From a virus (taxonomy: Duplodnaviria; Caudoviricetes): DNA of 64,000 nucleotides. The stretch covers positions 5,410-69,409 of IMG/VR virus record IMGVR_UViG_3300028048_000136. One strand, 5' to 3'. The stretch's first letter is position 1. Every line of letters begins with the position of its first letter. Under the pieces are notes generated by a model, which saw only the letters and a list, made by a program, of their open reading frames with translations, was not told the origin of the DNA and did no database searches. A program made the position numbers and the translations under genes. This document shows positions 47,380 to 57,795 of the stretch, in pieces.

Positions 47380-47422
47380 TGTGATCTAAATCACACAATT
47401 ATTTTTTAATCTGTTTTATACT
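47380..47422 (+). promoter_or_regulatory. CRP-consensus box with -10 element
   Basis: TGTGATCTAAATCACA-21 nt-TATACT. Confidence 0.7.
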
Positions 47423-47452
47423 ACATTTGAAAGATAGATGAGGGAACAGAAA

Positions 47453-47539
47453 ATGGGAATGATGTTAGTTTTTGCATTTTTAATTTTCTTTTTTGCTACC
47501 GTAAACAACATCTCAAATGCAGTATTAAAGAGAGGTTAA
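47453..47539 (+). CDS. 28-aa single-pass membrane peptide
   Basis: GAGGG RBS; MGMMLVFAFLIFFFATVNNISNAVLKRG. Confidence 0.45.
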   Translation: MGMMLVFAFLIFFFATVNNISNAVLKRG

Positions 47540-47541
47540 AA

Positions 47542-48240
47542 ATGTTTTCATATTCTAAGGTAACTTGTTTTGAACGTTGTCCGCTGGCATATAAGCTTGC
47601 GTACATTGACAAGGTAAAACAAACCGTTACATCTGCTTTGATTAGGGGTTCAAAAACTCACAAAGTTTTTGAAAACTTAGAAAACATCGAAGACTATTTT
47701 GGTACCGAAGGATATGAAATTGCTAAGAATTTTCTTGAAACCGAAGTTGGAAAATCTCACTTAAACGAGATTAAGAGCGCTTTAAAAGAACACAAATTTG
47801 GAATTAAAAAAGAAAACAACGTTTTGGTTCCATGTAAGTACAATGATGAAAATGCCCTCTTTCACGGCATTATTGACTTATTAAACGGAAACCACATTCT
47901 TGATTACAAAACTGGAAGTGCAAAATCTTTCGAAAATCAAGATTGGTCACAGTTAACTTGGTACGCAATTTGGTTATTTTTAAATTCTGATTTTGAAGAA
48001 ATTAAAATTACCTATATGTATGTTGAGCACAATGTCGAAAATTCAAAGATCTTAAAGCGTTCTGAATTACCAATGTATATGTTTGATATGCTTTCACGTA
48101 TCAAAGCAGTTAAAGATTTCGAAAACAACCCAACCGATGAGTTCAAAAAGTCTTGGTTATGTTCTTGGTGCACCTGCAAAGAGCATTGTTCACACTATTC
48201 AGACCCTGAAAAACTTACAAATTTTGAAGTAAAATTTTAA
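47542..48240 (+). CDS. Cas4/RecB-like PD-(D/E)XK exonuclease
   Basis: 'SYSK...CP', 'GIID', 'DYKTG', 'CSWC...C'. Confidence 0.85.
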   Translation: MFSYSKVTCFERCPLAYKLAYIDKVKQTVTSALIRGSKTHKVFENLENIEDYFGTEGYEIAKNFLETEVGKSHLNEIKSALKEHKFGIKKENNVLVPCKYNDENALFHGIIDLLNGNHILDYKTGSAKSFENQDWSQLTWYAIWLFLNSDFEEIKITYMYVEHNVENSKILKRSELPMYMFDMLSRIKAVKDFENNPTDEFKKSWLCSWCTCKEHCSHYSDPEKLTNFEVKF

Positions 48241-48254
48241 AACGCTTCTTGAAA

Positions 48255-48344
48255 ATCATTCAAATTCCTTAATATAAATATTAAATATAACTCCAATGCC
48301 TGTATATGAGCATAAAGTCTCATATTTTTTATCCATTGGTTTTT
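48255..48344 (-). mobile_element. Left-end remnant of the tnpB element
   Basis: Minus strand: ccaatggataaaaaatatgagactttatgctcatatac...aggaatttgaatga. Confidence 0.7.
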
Positions 48345-48375
48345 AAATACTTAAAATATTTTAAAGGAATTTTGT

Positions 48376-49260
48376 ATGTCTCAATGGTCACCAAATGTTG
48401 CCTGTACTGATGAAAATCTGTCGGTTAATGGCATTTACCAAGAATTAAAACTTCCTTCACTAGGAAGATGTATATTTACTGTAACACCTATTCACGGACC
48501 AACTGCGGCTATTTTCAACGTTACTTCAACCGATACTGGTGGCATTAAATTCGTTCGCTCCGAAGTTGAAGTGTACGATAGCAAACCAAAGAAGACCAAC
48601 ATCACTTCTGAAGCAGTTCACGATATTGATACCCAGTTTGGCGAAGACGGTTTAAAAAATATTGCTAAATTATTAAAGGGTTTAGCAAATGAAGATGAGA
48701 ACGAAAAAACAGTCAAGTTTCTCAAAGACAAAGCTGTTGATTTTGGTTCCGTAGAAATTTCAGAGCCAATGTCACCTGATTTTACTTGGCGTGAGATTTC
48801 CTGGAAAACACAGCAATGTATTCTTGAAATGAACTCAAAGAAAATCAGAACTTATAATGCTTTTGTTGTTTTACCTTATAAGTATGCAAGTGCCATTATG
48901 TCTGTTTTTGCTGATTTAAGAAATTCTGATTTAGCGGATTCCACATCTTTATATGTTGGTACATCAGGTTTAACTGATTGGTTTATAAATCCAGACAGCA
49001 CCGATGAAAACTGTTATGTGGGTTTACGTGACATCAAAGGTACTGGTAAAGGTTGTGCTGTTTTTTCACCTTACACAAATGAAATTACCAGCGCTTTAGA
49101 TCCAGAAACTGGTTCAACAACAATGTTTATTTGGAACCGTTTTGCGATTACAATTTCACCAATTCATACAACTGATAATCCTATGCTTGTTAAGTTTTCA
49201 GTCATGGAATCAAAAATATCAGCAATTTCAAACAAAGATATTGAAGAGGTTGTTGGTTAA
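48376..49260 (+). CDS. Capsid protein paralog (gp24 vertex-like)
   Basis: 'AVFSPYT...DPETGS....NRFAI' parallels the gp23 C-terminus. Confidence 0.65.
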   Translation: MSQWSPNVACTDENLSVNGIYQELKLPSLGRCIFTVTPIHGPTAAIFNVTSTDTGGIKFVRSEVEVYDSKPKKTNITSEAVHDIDTQFGEDGLKNIAKLLKGLANEDENEKTVKFLKDKAVDFGSVEISEPMSPDFTWREISWKTQQCILEMNSKKIRTYNAFVVLPYKYASAIMSVFADLRNSDLADSTSLYVGTSGLTDWFINPDSTDENCYVGLRDIKGTGKGCAVFSPYTNEITSALDPETGSTTMFIWNRFAITISPIHTTDNPMLVKFSVMESKISAISNKDIEEVVG

Positions 49261-49508
49261 TGTTTGTTGAATTGCTTACTGAAAACGTTAAACCTAAGAA
49301 GCGCTCAAAACAGGTCTTTAGAAAAATTACAGAAACTAAAGACCCTGCTGAAATTCTTAGAGCAAACGGTATTAAAATTAAAAAACAGGTACCTTATAAA
49401 AATTGTATTGAATTTTCATTTTTTGATAATATAAACAGTTTAAATTTTAAATGTTTAAATTCTTTTAATATTAAGATCAAAGATGGAAAATTATTTGTAT
49501 TTTTCTAG
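49260..49508 (+). CDS. Hypothetical protein
   Basis: ORF. Confidence 0.55.
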   Translation: MFVELLTENVKPKKRSKQVFRKITETKDPAEILRANGIKIKKQVPYKNCIEFSFFDNINSLNFKCLNSFNIKIKDGKLFVFF

Positions 49509-49514
49509 GAGTTT

Positions 49515-51083
49515 GTGATGTTTGTTTCGTTAGAAGATTTTTTCAATAATTATAGAATTAAAAACGGTCAAATTCCAAACGAAGTTACTCTTAACCGAGG
49601 CCTCTTCAGACTTAAAAGAGAAATCCGTGAATTAAAATCAATGGCAGATGTTGCTATTGGTAACGAGATTGAAACTTGGAATAGCAATAAATTTTACGAA
49701 AAGGACGAATACGTAGAATTTGGTGGAAAGATTTTCAAGTCAAATATTGACGGTAATTTTAATCTTGAACCAGGTGTATCACCAATGTGGGAAAGAAAAG
49801 ATGTTGTTACTTTCAAGGAAATGGTTAAGAAAATCAGGATGCTCAATTATCACGTTGAATTTGTTGATAGAAGAACCATAAAAACTTCAGAGATGGGTGG
49901 AAAGGACAACTCAATAATTACCTTTACATACCTGAACGGCAAGACGGTTTCACACGATTTACATCAAGTTAAACCTAATATTGCTTACAGAGCAGAAATG
50001 AACGCTAATAGTTTTGCACTCACCAACTCAATCATTGACAAAGCTAGTATTGACGTTTCAAAAGACACCATCAAATTCCACGATATTGATGGAACCGAAT
50101 ACAGTCTGAAGATTAGATCAAAAGGTGGTTATGAATTAACTGATACCATCGTAGATAACGTTAAAATTGCGGATAGCAAGGACACTCTCACATTCCACAA
50201 AATTGATGGAACATCGTATAATTTAAAGATTAAATCAAAAGGTGGTTATGAATTAACAGATACTATCTTGGATAGTGTAAACATTGCTAATAGCAAGGAC
50301 ACCCTTACTTTTCATAAAATTGATGGTTCCACCTATAATTTAAAGATTAAATCAAAAGGTGGTTATGAATTAACAGATACTATAATAGATAATGTCAGCG
50401 TTGCTGATAGCAAGGACACCCTTACATTCAGAAAAATTGATGGAACATCATACAGTCTGAAGATTAAATCAAAAGGTGGTTATGAATTAACTGATACTAT
50501 TTTAAATAATGTTAATGTTGAAAACGCTAAAATTACATTTAATAAAATTGATGGAAAAAACTATTCTTTTACTATCAATAATGTAAATCATTCAGCAACT
50601 GCCGATAAGTGGACAACACCAAGAACAATGACGGTTTCTGATGGTACCCACACAACAACCGTTTTAATTGATGGTAGTCAAGATTTTACAGCAAAACTTC
50701 CTTCAACCATAAACGCAGAATTAAACGGAAATGCAAAAACAGCAACAACTTTAAAAACTGCCAGAACCATCAATGGAACATCTTTTGATGGAAGTTCTAA
50801 CATTACAACAAATTCTTGGGGAACCTCAAGAAATATCAGTATAACTGACGGATCAAGCACAAGTACAGCAGTAAGTGTTAATGGTTCCAAAGACATAATT
50901 TTAAATCTTCCTTCAACTATAAATGCAAATAATGTAGTTTCATTTTCTGGTTCTGGAACAGATACAATTACCCCCGTTCTTGGAAGTAACGGAAATGGTA
51001 CATCATTTACTATTAACAATGTTAATAATGCAAAAAATGTAACTGGTTTAAATCTTAACGGACATACTTTAACAATAGAATGA
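49515..51083 (+). CDS. Tail fibre protein with four 39-aa repeats
   Basis: 117-bp repeats 'KSKGGYELTDTI.D...DSKDTLTF.KIDG'; 'ATTLKTARTING..FDGS.NI' fibre motif. Confidence 0.8.
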   Translation: MMFVSLEDFFNNYRIKNGQIPNEVTLNRGLFRLKREIRELKSMADVAIGNEIETWNSNKFYEKDEYVEFGGKIFKSNIDGNFNLEPGVSPMWERKDVVTFKEMVKKIRMLNYHVEFVDRRTIKTSEMGGKDNSIITFTYLNGKTVSHDLHQVKPNIAYRAEMNANSFALTNSIIDKASIDVSKDTIKFHDIDGTEYSLKIRSKGGYELTDTIVDNVKIADSKDTLTFHKIDGTSYNLKIKSKGGYELTDTILDSVNIANSKDTLTFHKIDGSTYNLKIKSKGGYELTDTIIDNVSVADSKDTLTFRKIDGTSYSLKIKSKGGYELTDTILNNVNVENAKITFNKIDGKNYSFTINNVNHSATADKWTTPRTMTVSDGTHTTTVLIDGSQDFTAKLPSTINAELNGNAKTATTLKTARTINGTSFDGSSNITTNSWGTSRNISITDGSSTSTAVSVNGSKDIILNLPSTINANNVVSFSGSGTDTITPVLGSNGNGTSFTINNVNNAKNVTGLNLNGHTLTIE

Positions 51084-52105
51084 TTTTTAATATTTCTAAC
51101 TCTAAAAAAAGTTATAGAGAATTTTCAGAAAAACCTTTAGATACCCGATATATCGTTATAGACGGGAAAACATATATTCCTTGTTTTCAAGGTTCTGCTG
51201 GAAGTGAATACCAAAGTGGAAATTGGTTTTATCGTTTAGGAAGTGGTCTACTTATTGACAACGCATATAGACCTACAGAACAACGATACTACTTAACAAC
51301 CAGAACGGGAACAATTTCCTGTACTATTTCTGGAACCGCAAAACACCAAGAGCATAAAGACATTTACGAGTCAAAATATATTAAGGTTGGAACAAAAACA
51401 GTAGATGATTACGATTGGAGAGATGTTAAGGTTGGAACAAGACAAGAAACCGTTACTGAAATGGTAACAGGAAGTCAATATCCTCAATATATGACAGTTA
51501 CCGGTACGGGTGAAGACCACCAAGTTGTTTGGTATCCAAATGGTGTAAGATTTACATCATTAGCAACATTTATTGTAAGTTCTCCTGATCCAGCAACGGA
51601 TACAAGAACTTATTATGCTTATACATATTTGGACGAACCTGTTGCTTATTCTGGCGCTTCTGCATTTTTTGGTTGGGGTGTTTTCGGTCTAGCAGATGGA
51701 ACATACACATATATGAAAATTCCAGCAGGAATGGTTATCAATCTTGCTATAATAGGTGATACTAAATTTGAATACACTCATACCAAAACAGTTGATGTTT
51801 ACGAACGACAGTACATTAAGGTTGGTTCCCATGTGGAAGATGTTTATGATTGGAGAGATGTTTATGTAAGAACTGATTATTGGTACGTTGGCGATACAGA
51901 GTACAACAAATCTGGAAGAGCATACGGAAGTGTAAGTTTTGACCTAACATATTTTAGTAACCCAACTATTTCAGCAAATGTAAATACGTATGATTTAACA
52001 ACTTCAAATGTTAATTTTTACAAAGATTTGACAGCGACCGTAACGTGGCCAGAAACAAAAACTGTTTATTACAATTACAATTTAAGTATTAAAGGAATTG
52101 CATAA
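51080..52105 (+). CDS. Tail fibre distal or receptor-binding protein
   Basis: Thr/Tyr-rich; duplicated 'YIKVG...YDWRDV'. Confidence 0.55.
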   Translation: MIFNISNSKKSYREFSEKPLDTRYIVIDGKTYIPCFQGSAGSEYQSGNWFYRLGSGLLIDNAYRPTEQRYYLTTRTGTISCTISGTAKHQEHKDIYESKYIKVGTKTVDDYDWRDVKVGTRQETVTEMVTGSQYPQYMTVTGTGEDHQVVWYPNGVRFTSLATFIVSSPDPATDTRTYYAYTYLDEPVAYSGASAFFGWGVFGLADGTYTYMKIPAGMVINLAIIGDTKFEYTHTKTVDVYERQYIKVGSHVEDVYDWRDVYVRTDYWYVGDTEYNKSGRAYGSVSFDLTYFSNPTISANVNTYDLTTSNVNFYKDLTATVTWPETKTVYYNYNLSIKGIA

Positions 52106-52695
52106 TGATTTATACATTTACAGAAAATTCAATTTATATTCCTTATTATAATGAGGAATACAGATTTGAATTTGAATTAACAGAAAATCTTAAAAAGCTT
52201 GTTTTGTTTAACTATGATGAAAGCACTCAAAGTATTGCAGAATATCCTAATGCTTCAACCGAGGATATTCAAAGCGTTAAAAATGCTATTAAAATGTGGC
52301 ACGATGGCTTTGACAAATACGCACTTGATAGAGCAAAAAAACGAGCAATCAATCTTTTAGATAGTATATCAAGGTTTGATGAATACAAAAATGATGATAT
52401 GTATTTAACCTCATCATTAGGTTTTAGAATAAATGCGGATGCTCGTTCACAGAACAACATCATTGGTCTTATTACCCTTAATCAAAAATCAGATAAAAAA
52501 ATTACATTCAAAGATTACGATAACAATTTCCAATTTGTTAGTGTTGATGACTTGAAAACATTGCTTTCGGAATGTTATCAAAATGGTAATAACCTTTATC
52601 AACAAAAGTGGGCATTTAAAGTACAAATTGAGCGTTGCACATCTGAAGAGGAACTAAAAAATTTAATTTTCAATTTTAAAATGATGGAGTTTTAA
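52105..52695 (+). CDS. Tail fibre-associated protein (DUF4376-like)
   Basis: 'INADARSQNNI.GL...FKDYDN...LK..'. Confidence 0.6.
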   Translation: MIYTFTENSIYIPYYNEEYRFEFELTENLKKLVLFNYDESTQSIAEYPNASTEDIQSVKNAIKMWHDGFDKYALDRAKKRAINLLDSISRFDEYKNDDMYLTSSLGFRINADARSQNNIIGLITLNQKSDKKITFKDYDNNFQFVSVDDLKTLLSECYQNGNNLYQQKWAFKVQIERCTSEEELKNLIFNFKMMEF

Positions 52696-52696
52696 A

Positions 52697-52999
52697 ATGA
52701 AATACAAAACACTTGAAAAATTTAAAAAATTGAATGAAGAACTTGAAAAAGGAATTTTCTTACAGTCTGAAGATGGTGAATTGGTTGCTGTTGTTGAAAT
52801 GGAACTTATGAATGGGTTTGTTGCTCAAAACATAATGCCTAATCCTGTAACTACCGATGACGCTGAACTTTTCTTTTACATAGACCTTGATTACAATGCC
52901 TACGTTTATGATAAGGTTATCAAAATGAAGGAAATTTCAGAAAAAGAAGCAATGAAACTTTTTGACAAACAAGGTGAATACGATCCAGAAGAGTTATGA
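52697..52999 (+). CDS. Hypothetical protein
   Basis: ORF. Confidence 0.55.
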   Translation: MKYKTLEKFKKLNEELEKGIFLQSEDGELVAVVEMELMNGFVAQNIMPNPVTTDDAELFFYIDLDYNAYVYDKVIKMKEISEKEAMKLFDKQGEYDPEEL

Positions 53000-53472
53000 C
53001 ATATCGCTCACATAAGGGTTGGTACAAACTTACCAACCCAAATAAATTTATAAGACCAATTGATGAGTATATGGAATCCACATTACAACGTGAAGATGGA
53101 ACCTATATCCAATACAAGTCAGGTCTTGAAAGAATAGCATTTTGTTATGCAGACTTGAACCCTAAAATCAAATTATTCAGTATAGAGCCTTTTAACATTC
53201 CTTATTTAAAACCAACTGATAATAAAATACATAGATATTATATAGATATGTACATAGAATTTAATACTGGTGACAAATTTATTGTTGAAATAAAAAGCTC
53301 CAATGAAACTGTTTTACCTCAAAAACCAAAATCAGTAAATGCTTTGATAAGATACAAAAATGCACTTGAAACTTTTTTAATCAATCAGTCAAAGTGGAAA
53401 TCGGCAAAAGAATTTGCTCAAAAACACGGAATGAAATTCATCATTTTGACAGAAAAGCAGTTAAGAACATAA
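52996..53472 (+). CDS. gp4: Head completion nuclease
   Basis: 'G.YK.TNP.K...YKSGLE...HRYYID...EIK...N..KW..A...G.KF.ILTE'. Confidence 0.9.
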   Translation: MTYRSHKGWYKLTNPNKFIRPIDEYMESTLQREDGTYIQYKSGLERIAFCYADLNPKIKLFSIEPFNIPYLKPTDNKIHRYYIDMYIEFNTGDKFIVEIKSSNETVLPQKPKSVNALIRYKNALETFLINQSKWKSAKEFAQKHGMKFIILTEKQLRT

Positions 53473-53680
53473 GGAAATAAAAATTATAAACAAGGGTATC
53501 AAGATATGGATCTTGTACCTCATCAATAGGTATTTGTTGGGACCTTAATTTTTCAATATACACCCAACCATTCCATTTTGGATATTCCTTTCTTTTTATT
53601 CCTAAATATGAATAATAAAACTTACCTTGTTTTTGTGTTTTTTCTTTTAGAAATTCGTTAAAGTTTTCTATCATTAACAT
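53441..53680 (-). CDS. Hypothetical protein
   Basis: ORF with 'FNEFLKE' leader. Confidence 0.45.
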   Translation of the reverse strand: MLMIENFNEFLKEKTQKQGKFYYSYLGIKRKEYPKWNGWVYIEKLRSQQIPIDEVQDPYLDTLVYNFYFLMFLTAFLSK

Positions 53681-54053
53681 GTCCTCTTAGAGCGGTAAGC
53701 ATTTGATATGTCTCCATATTTTTTCTGATATTTTCAATTTCCTTGATAATTAGTGCTAAATCAGCGTTTGCTTTAATATCCAATTTCTCTAAGTCTGAAA
53801 GTCTTTTTTCCAAATCGGAAATAACGCTTTGAAGTTTAAAAATTTCATTGTTGAGTGTTTTATTGGTATCTTCAGCTGCTTTAACCAACTGTTGGACTTC
53901 TTTAACGGCATTATAATTCCTTCCAATTCCTTCAGAAGTTTTGTTTATATAAGATTGGTATACCTTCCATAGGTATACTACAACCATACAAACGGCAACT
54001 AAAGCAAGTGAGGGTGTTAACCCATTGGTAGCAATTGTGTTAAGAATATCCAT
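53658..54053 (-). CDS. Membrane-anchored coiled-coil protein (holin-like?)
   Basis: One N-terminal TM segment then heptads. Confidence 0.45.
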   Translation of the reverse strand: MDILNTIATNGLTPSLALVAVCMVVVYLWKVYQSYINKTSEGIGRNYNAVKEVQQLVKAAEDTNKTLNNEIFKLQSVISDLEKRLSDLEKLDIKANADLALIIKEIENIRKNMETYQMLTALRGHVNDRKL

Positions 54054-54208
54054 AGTGTTTTTTAAAAAATTTTATTTTATTTATATTAATAATTATGATA
54101 TAATTATAAATAGATTTGTAAAATTCATTGCAAATTTTATACAACTTTTAATCGCCTGATTAAAGTTGTTTTTTATTAACAGTTGCCGAAAGGGACAAGG
54201 AAAATATT

Positions 54209-54700
54209 ATGTTTTATGTAAAAAATTATTCACCAGTAAGACGTTTTTGTATTGAGGATTTTATGAAGGATGCTGAGAAATTTCTTAATGATCCATTCTC
54301 AAAGGAACCAGCACCTAAATATCCTTTAACTAATATCGGCTATTCAGATGAGGTATTAGTGTTTGAGTTAGCACTTGCCGGATTTAAGAAAGAAAATATT
54401 AAGGTTTCTTACGTTGGTAATGTTATAAGTGTTAAAGCAACTTATAAGACTGATTCTGACGATTGCAAGTGTCCTGAAATTAAGTACACTCAGCAAAATA
54501 TTTCACACAAGGATGTAGCAAGATGTTTCTACCTTACAAACGAATATCTTGGTGCCAAGATCAAGTGGAAGTTTGTTGATGGTTTATTAACAATTGCAGT
54601 TTATCAGAATAACGAGGACAATCAGATTGAAGCATCCGATGACGATGAAACTCTTTATGGTTGTGCTTGCAAACCTTCTGAGGACTCTGACGAGATTTAA
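54209..54700 (+). CDS. Small heat shock protein Hsp20
   Basis: 'YP.TNI...ELALAGF.KENI.V...R.F.L...DGLLTI'. Confidence 0.88.
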   Translation: MFYVKNYSPVRRFCIEDFMKDAEKFLNDPFSKEPAPKYPLTNIGYSDEVLVFELALAGFKKENIKVSYVGNVISVKATYKTDSDDCKCPEIKYTQQNISHKDVARCFYLTNEYLGAKIKWKFVDGLLTIAVYQNNEDNQIEASDDDETLYGCACKPSEDSDEI

Positions 54701-54747
54701 TTTTTTAATGTCCCATAGCGATATGGGACTTTTTCAAAGGAAAAAAT

Positions 54748-55152
54748 ATGTTTATTGCATTTAAGAAAAAAGGAAATTCAAAGTTAGAAAAGGCCATTAG
54801 TTTCTTTACCCGTTCCGAATATGTGCATTGTGAATTAGTGACTGTTAAGCGAAAAGATAAGTTTTTTGGTTATTCATCAGAGCCTTATGTTGGCGTAAGA
54901 GGAATGTGGGTTTCATACAACCCTGATGAGTGGGACTTTGTAGAAATTCCAAAGGTAGAATTTAAAGAATTTTTTGATAAAACTATTGGAAAGAAATACG
55001 ATTACACAGGTGTTCTTGGATTTGTATTTTTACGTTTATCTGAAAATCCAAATCGTTGGTTCTGTTCAGAGTGGTGTGCAACCGTTTTAGGTTTTGATAA
55101 GCCACACCGTGTATCACCTGGCAAATTATACAATGCTTTAGTTTCAAGGTAA
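54748..55152 (+). CDS. Permuted papain-like NlpC/P60 amidase
   Basis: 'HCEL...KYDY.GVLG...WFCSEW'. Confidence 0.7.
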   Translation: MFIAFKKKGNSKLEKAISFFTRSEYVHCELVTVKRKDKFFGYSSEPYVGVRGMWVSYNPDEWDFVEIPKVEFKEFFDKTIGKKYDYTGVLGFVFLRLSENPNRWFCSEWCATVLGFDKPHRVSPGKLYNALVSR

Positions 55153-55156
55153 TTTT

Positions 55157-55732
55157 GTGATTTATCTAATTTCAGACCATCATTTTGGGCACACCAATAT
55201 TATAAAATATTGTGATAGACCATTTTCAAAAGATAATCAAGGAATGGTCAAAAATGCCGAATTTATGTACAATGCACATCAAGAAACAGTAACAGAAAAT
55301 GATTTTGTTATTTTTCTTGGTGATGTTGCTTTGTTTAGGTCTCACACAAAAGAAGACCTAAAAAGAATGTTAAAGGCATTAAAGGGGAAAAAGTTTTTAG
55401 TGCTTGGAAACCACGATACAATGTCTTTGAATTTTTATAAGGAGTGTGGTTTCATTGATGTTCAACCTTATTATATTATAGGTGACGTAATGCTTTGCCA
55501 TTATCCTTTATTGCCTGATACAGACCGACCTGAATTGAGAAAAATTATGCTTGATAATAAAATTAAAACACTTTATCACGGCCATATTCATAACAAGGTT
55601 TTGAACCAAAAAGATGGTATAGAACGTTTTAATTTTTCTGTTGAGAAAATCAATTACACTCCTAAATGTGTTGATAATTCGTTAATCCAGAAATATTTTG
55701 AAAATTTACATCTTTTGTTAAGGAAACCATAA
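55157..55732 (+). CDS. Calcineurin-like metallophosphoesterase
   Basis: 'SDHHFGH', 'LGD', 'GNHD', 'HGH.H'. Confidence 0.9.
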   Translation: MIYLISDHHFGHTNIIKYCDRPFSKDNQGMVKNAEFMYNAHQETVTENDFVIFLGDVALFRSHTKEDLKRMLKALKGKKFLVLGNHDTMSLNFYKECGFIDVQPYYIIGDVMLCHYPLLPDTDRPELRKIMLDNKIKTLYHGHIHNKVLNQKDGIERFNFSVEKINYTPKCVDNSLIQKYFENLHLLLRKP

Positions 55733-57013
55733 ATGCTTTTTAAAAATATTCTAAATGAGAAAATATCCTTAGTTGGAGAACTTAAAAAAATTGCTAACAA
55801 ACTAAAAATAAGTTCTTCGTCATCAAGATATGAAGCACATTTAAGACTTAAATGCCCAAACGGAAATTATGAAAATACTTTAAAACAGATCTTAGATGTT
55901 CCGTTTGAAATTAACAGTTCATTAAAACAATTTTCGCACGTTTATCCAACTTTTGAAGTTACTTTAAAAGATGACTTTTTAGGTTATTCTGCCGGCTCTT
56001 CATTTTATTATGTTCCAACCAGCAGAAAGATTTTGAACGGTAATGCTTTAATTTCAGACAAACAATTAACACCAAAAAATGTCATAGATTTAACATTAGA
56101 TTACACTCAAGATTCCTTGTATAAAACAATATTAAAAAATATTGAAATACTTTTCCAAAATGAAGATTATTATTATGTTAAGGAATTTCTTAAAGGAATG
56201 TGTGACGAAGCGATAGGTTTAAAAAGCAATTTAGATATAAAAACCATTGACAAAACAGATTTAACAAGAATATTAAAGGATTTTGGTGAACTTGTAAGCG
56301 CTTTAAATGCTTTTTCAACGGACCCAAAAATAAAGTATATAAGATTTCCTTCCAATTCCAATGAAAAGATGGTAGATTTTTATGGTGTAAATTCAAAACA
56401 TAAAATAATTAAAAACTTTTCTGTAAAATCAGGAACATCTTCAAATATTGGAGCTGCACCTTCAATGAAAAACATTGCTCAATTTTTGGATAACTATGAT
56501 GACCCTAAAACCGAAGTCTTTAAAATTATGGTTGATAAAAGTCCTGTTGTCCAGAAAATTATAGATATTGCAAAAATTGTTGACCCCAAAGCAATTGAAA
56601 TTCTTAAAAGAATAATTAAACAAGAAGTTACCGAAACCAATTTATCCATTTTTTGTAAGGAAAATATCGAAAACTTAAAAGAAATTTTTTCTGATTTTTA
56701 TTCTTATATTAAAAGAACTTTTGATGATAAAAGCATTTCAAAATTGTATTCAAAATCTTTAAGAACCTTTTCAGGTTTTGTTTTGAGTCCTTTGGGATAT
56801 AGAATTGCTGATATTTTAAATAGTGATATTGAATATAAAAATCTTATAAATGATATAATAACAAATTTGGAAGTAATTCAAGCAAATATTGTTTGGAGAA
56901 ATGGTTTAATTTTTTCATACAAAGAATTAAAATATTCTAATTTTAAATTTGATTTTCATAATAATGTATTTTTGCCAGGAAATAATAATTTTGGATTTAA
57001 AGTCATTCATTAG
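55733..57013 (+). CDS. Hypothetical protein, possible nuclease
   Basis: 'FPSNSNEKMVD...SVKSG' resembles a D...(E/S)xK core. Confidence 0.4.
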   Translation: MLFKNILNEKISLVGELKKIANKLKISSSSSRYEAHLRLKCPNGNYENTLKQILDVPFEINSSLKQFSHVYPTFEVTLKDDFLGYSAGSSFYYVPTSRKILNGNALISDKQLTPKNVIDLTLDYTQDSLYKTILKNIEILFQNEDYYYVKEFLKGMCDEAIGLKSNLDIKTIDKTDLTRILKDFGELVSALNAFSTDPKIKYIRFPSNSNEKMVDFYGVNSKHKIIKNFSVKSGTSSNIGAAPSMKNIAQFLDNYDDPKTEVFKIMVDKSPVVQKIIDIAKIVDPKAIEILKRIIKQEVTETNLSIFCKENIENLKEIFSDFYSYIKRTFDDKSISKLYSKSLRTFSGFVLSPLGYRIADILNSDIEYKNLINDIITNLEVIQANIVWRNGLIFSYKELKYSNFKFDFHNNVFLPGNNNFGFKVIH

Positions 57014-57048
57014 TATATATATTTTAATAATACATAATAAATTGTGAA

Positions 57049-57753
57049 ATGGATGCTATTGTGAAATACGAAAATAAAGATTGCTTTGATTTTTTAAAAA
57101 CAGTTGAAAAAGAAACAGTGGATTTAGTCTTGATAGATCCCCCATACGACATATCAAAAACATCTGGTTTTTCATCAGGTAAATTGAAGAAATTTAATGT
57201 CTATAAAACCGAATTTGGAGAATGGGATTACGGGTCTGTCGATATGGAGAAAGTTGTTAAGGAATGTTTCAGAGTTCTTAAAAAATCAGGAACCTTTATT
57301 TGTTTCTATGATATTTGGAAAATTACCGAATTAAAAAACTATTTGGATAGTTGTAAGTTTTCTCAAATAAGATTTTTAGAATGGATTAAAACAAACCCTG
57401 TTCCTGTAAACAGTAAAGTGAATTATCTCACAAATTCAAGAGAAATCGCTTTGCTTGGGGTTAAAGGTTCAAAACCTACTTTTAATTCTGAATATGACAA
57501 CGGAATTTACAAATATCCTATATGTAGGGATAAAGGTAGATTTCATCCGACACAAAAACCGCTAGAGTTAATAAAAGAACTCATCAAAAAGCACTCAAAC
57601 AAAGGTGATTTAGTTCTTGATTGTTTTTGTGGAAGTGGAACAACAGCAGTTGCTTCATTAGAACTTGAAAGAGATTTTTATGGTTGTGAGCTATCTGAGG
57701 AATATTTCAAAAAATCACAGGAAAGAATTAATGGCGAAAAAATTATTTTTTAA
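57049..57753 (+). CDS. N6A/N4C DNA methyltransferase, beta class
   Basis: 'DPPY', 'HPTQKP', 'DCFCGSGTT'. Confidence 0.93.
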   Translation: MDAIVKYENKDCFDFLKTVEKETVDLVLIDPPYDISKTSGFSSGKLKKFNVYKTEFGEWDYGSVDMEKVVKECFRVLKKSGTFICFYDIWKITELKNYLDSCKFSQIRFLEWIKTNPVPVNSKVNYLTNSREIALLGVKGSKPTFNSEYDNGIYKYPICRDKGRFHPTQKPLELIKELIKKHSNKGDLVLDCFCGSGTTAVASLELERDFYGCELSEEYFKKSQERINGEKIIF

Positions 57754-57795
57754 AACATATAAATATACTAAAAATTATTTTAAACGAGGTTAAAA

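Noticed and set aside
49515-52105. Diversity-generating retroelement
   Set aside because: No reverse transcriptase in the window; repeat differences are not adenine-specific
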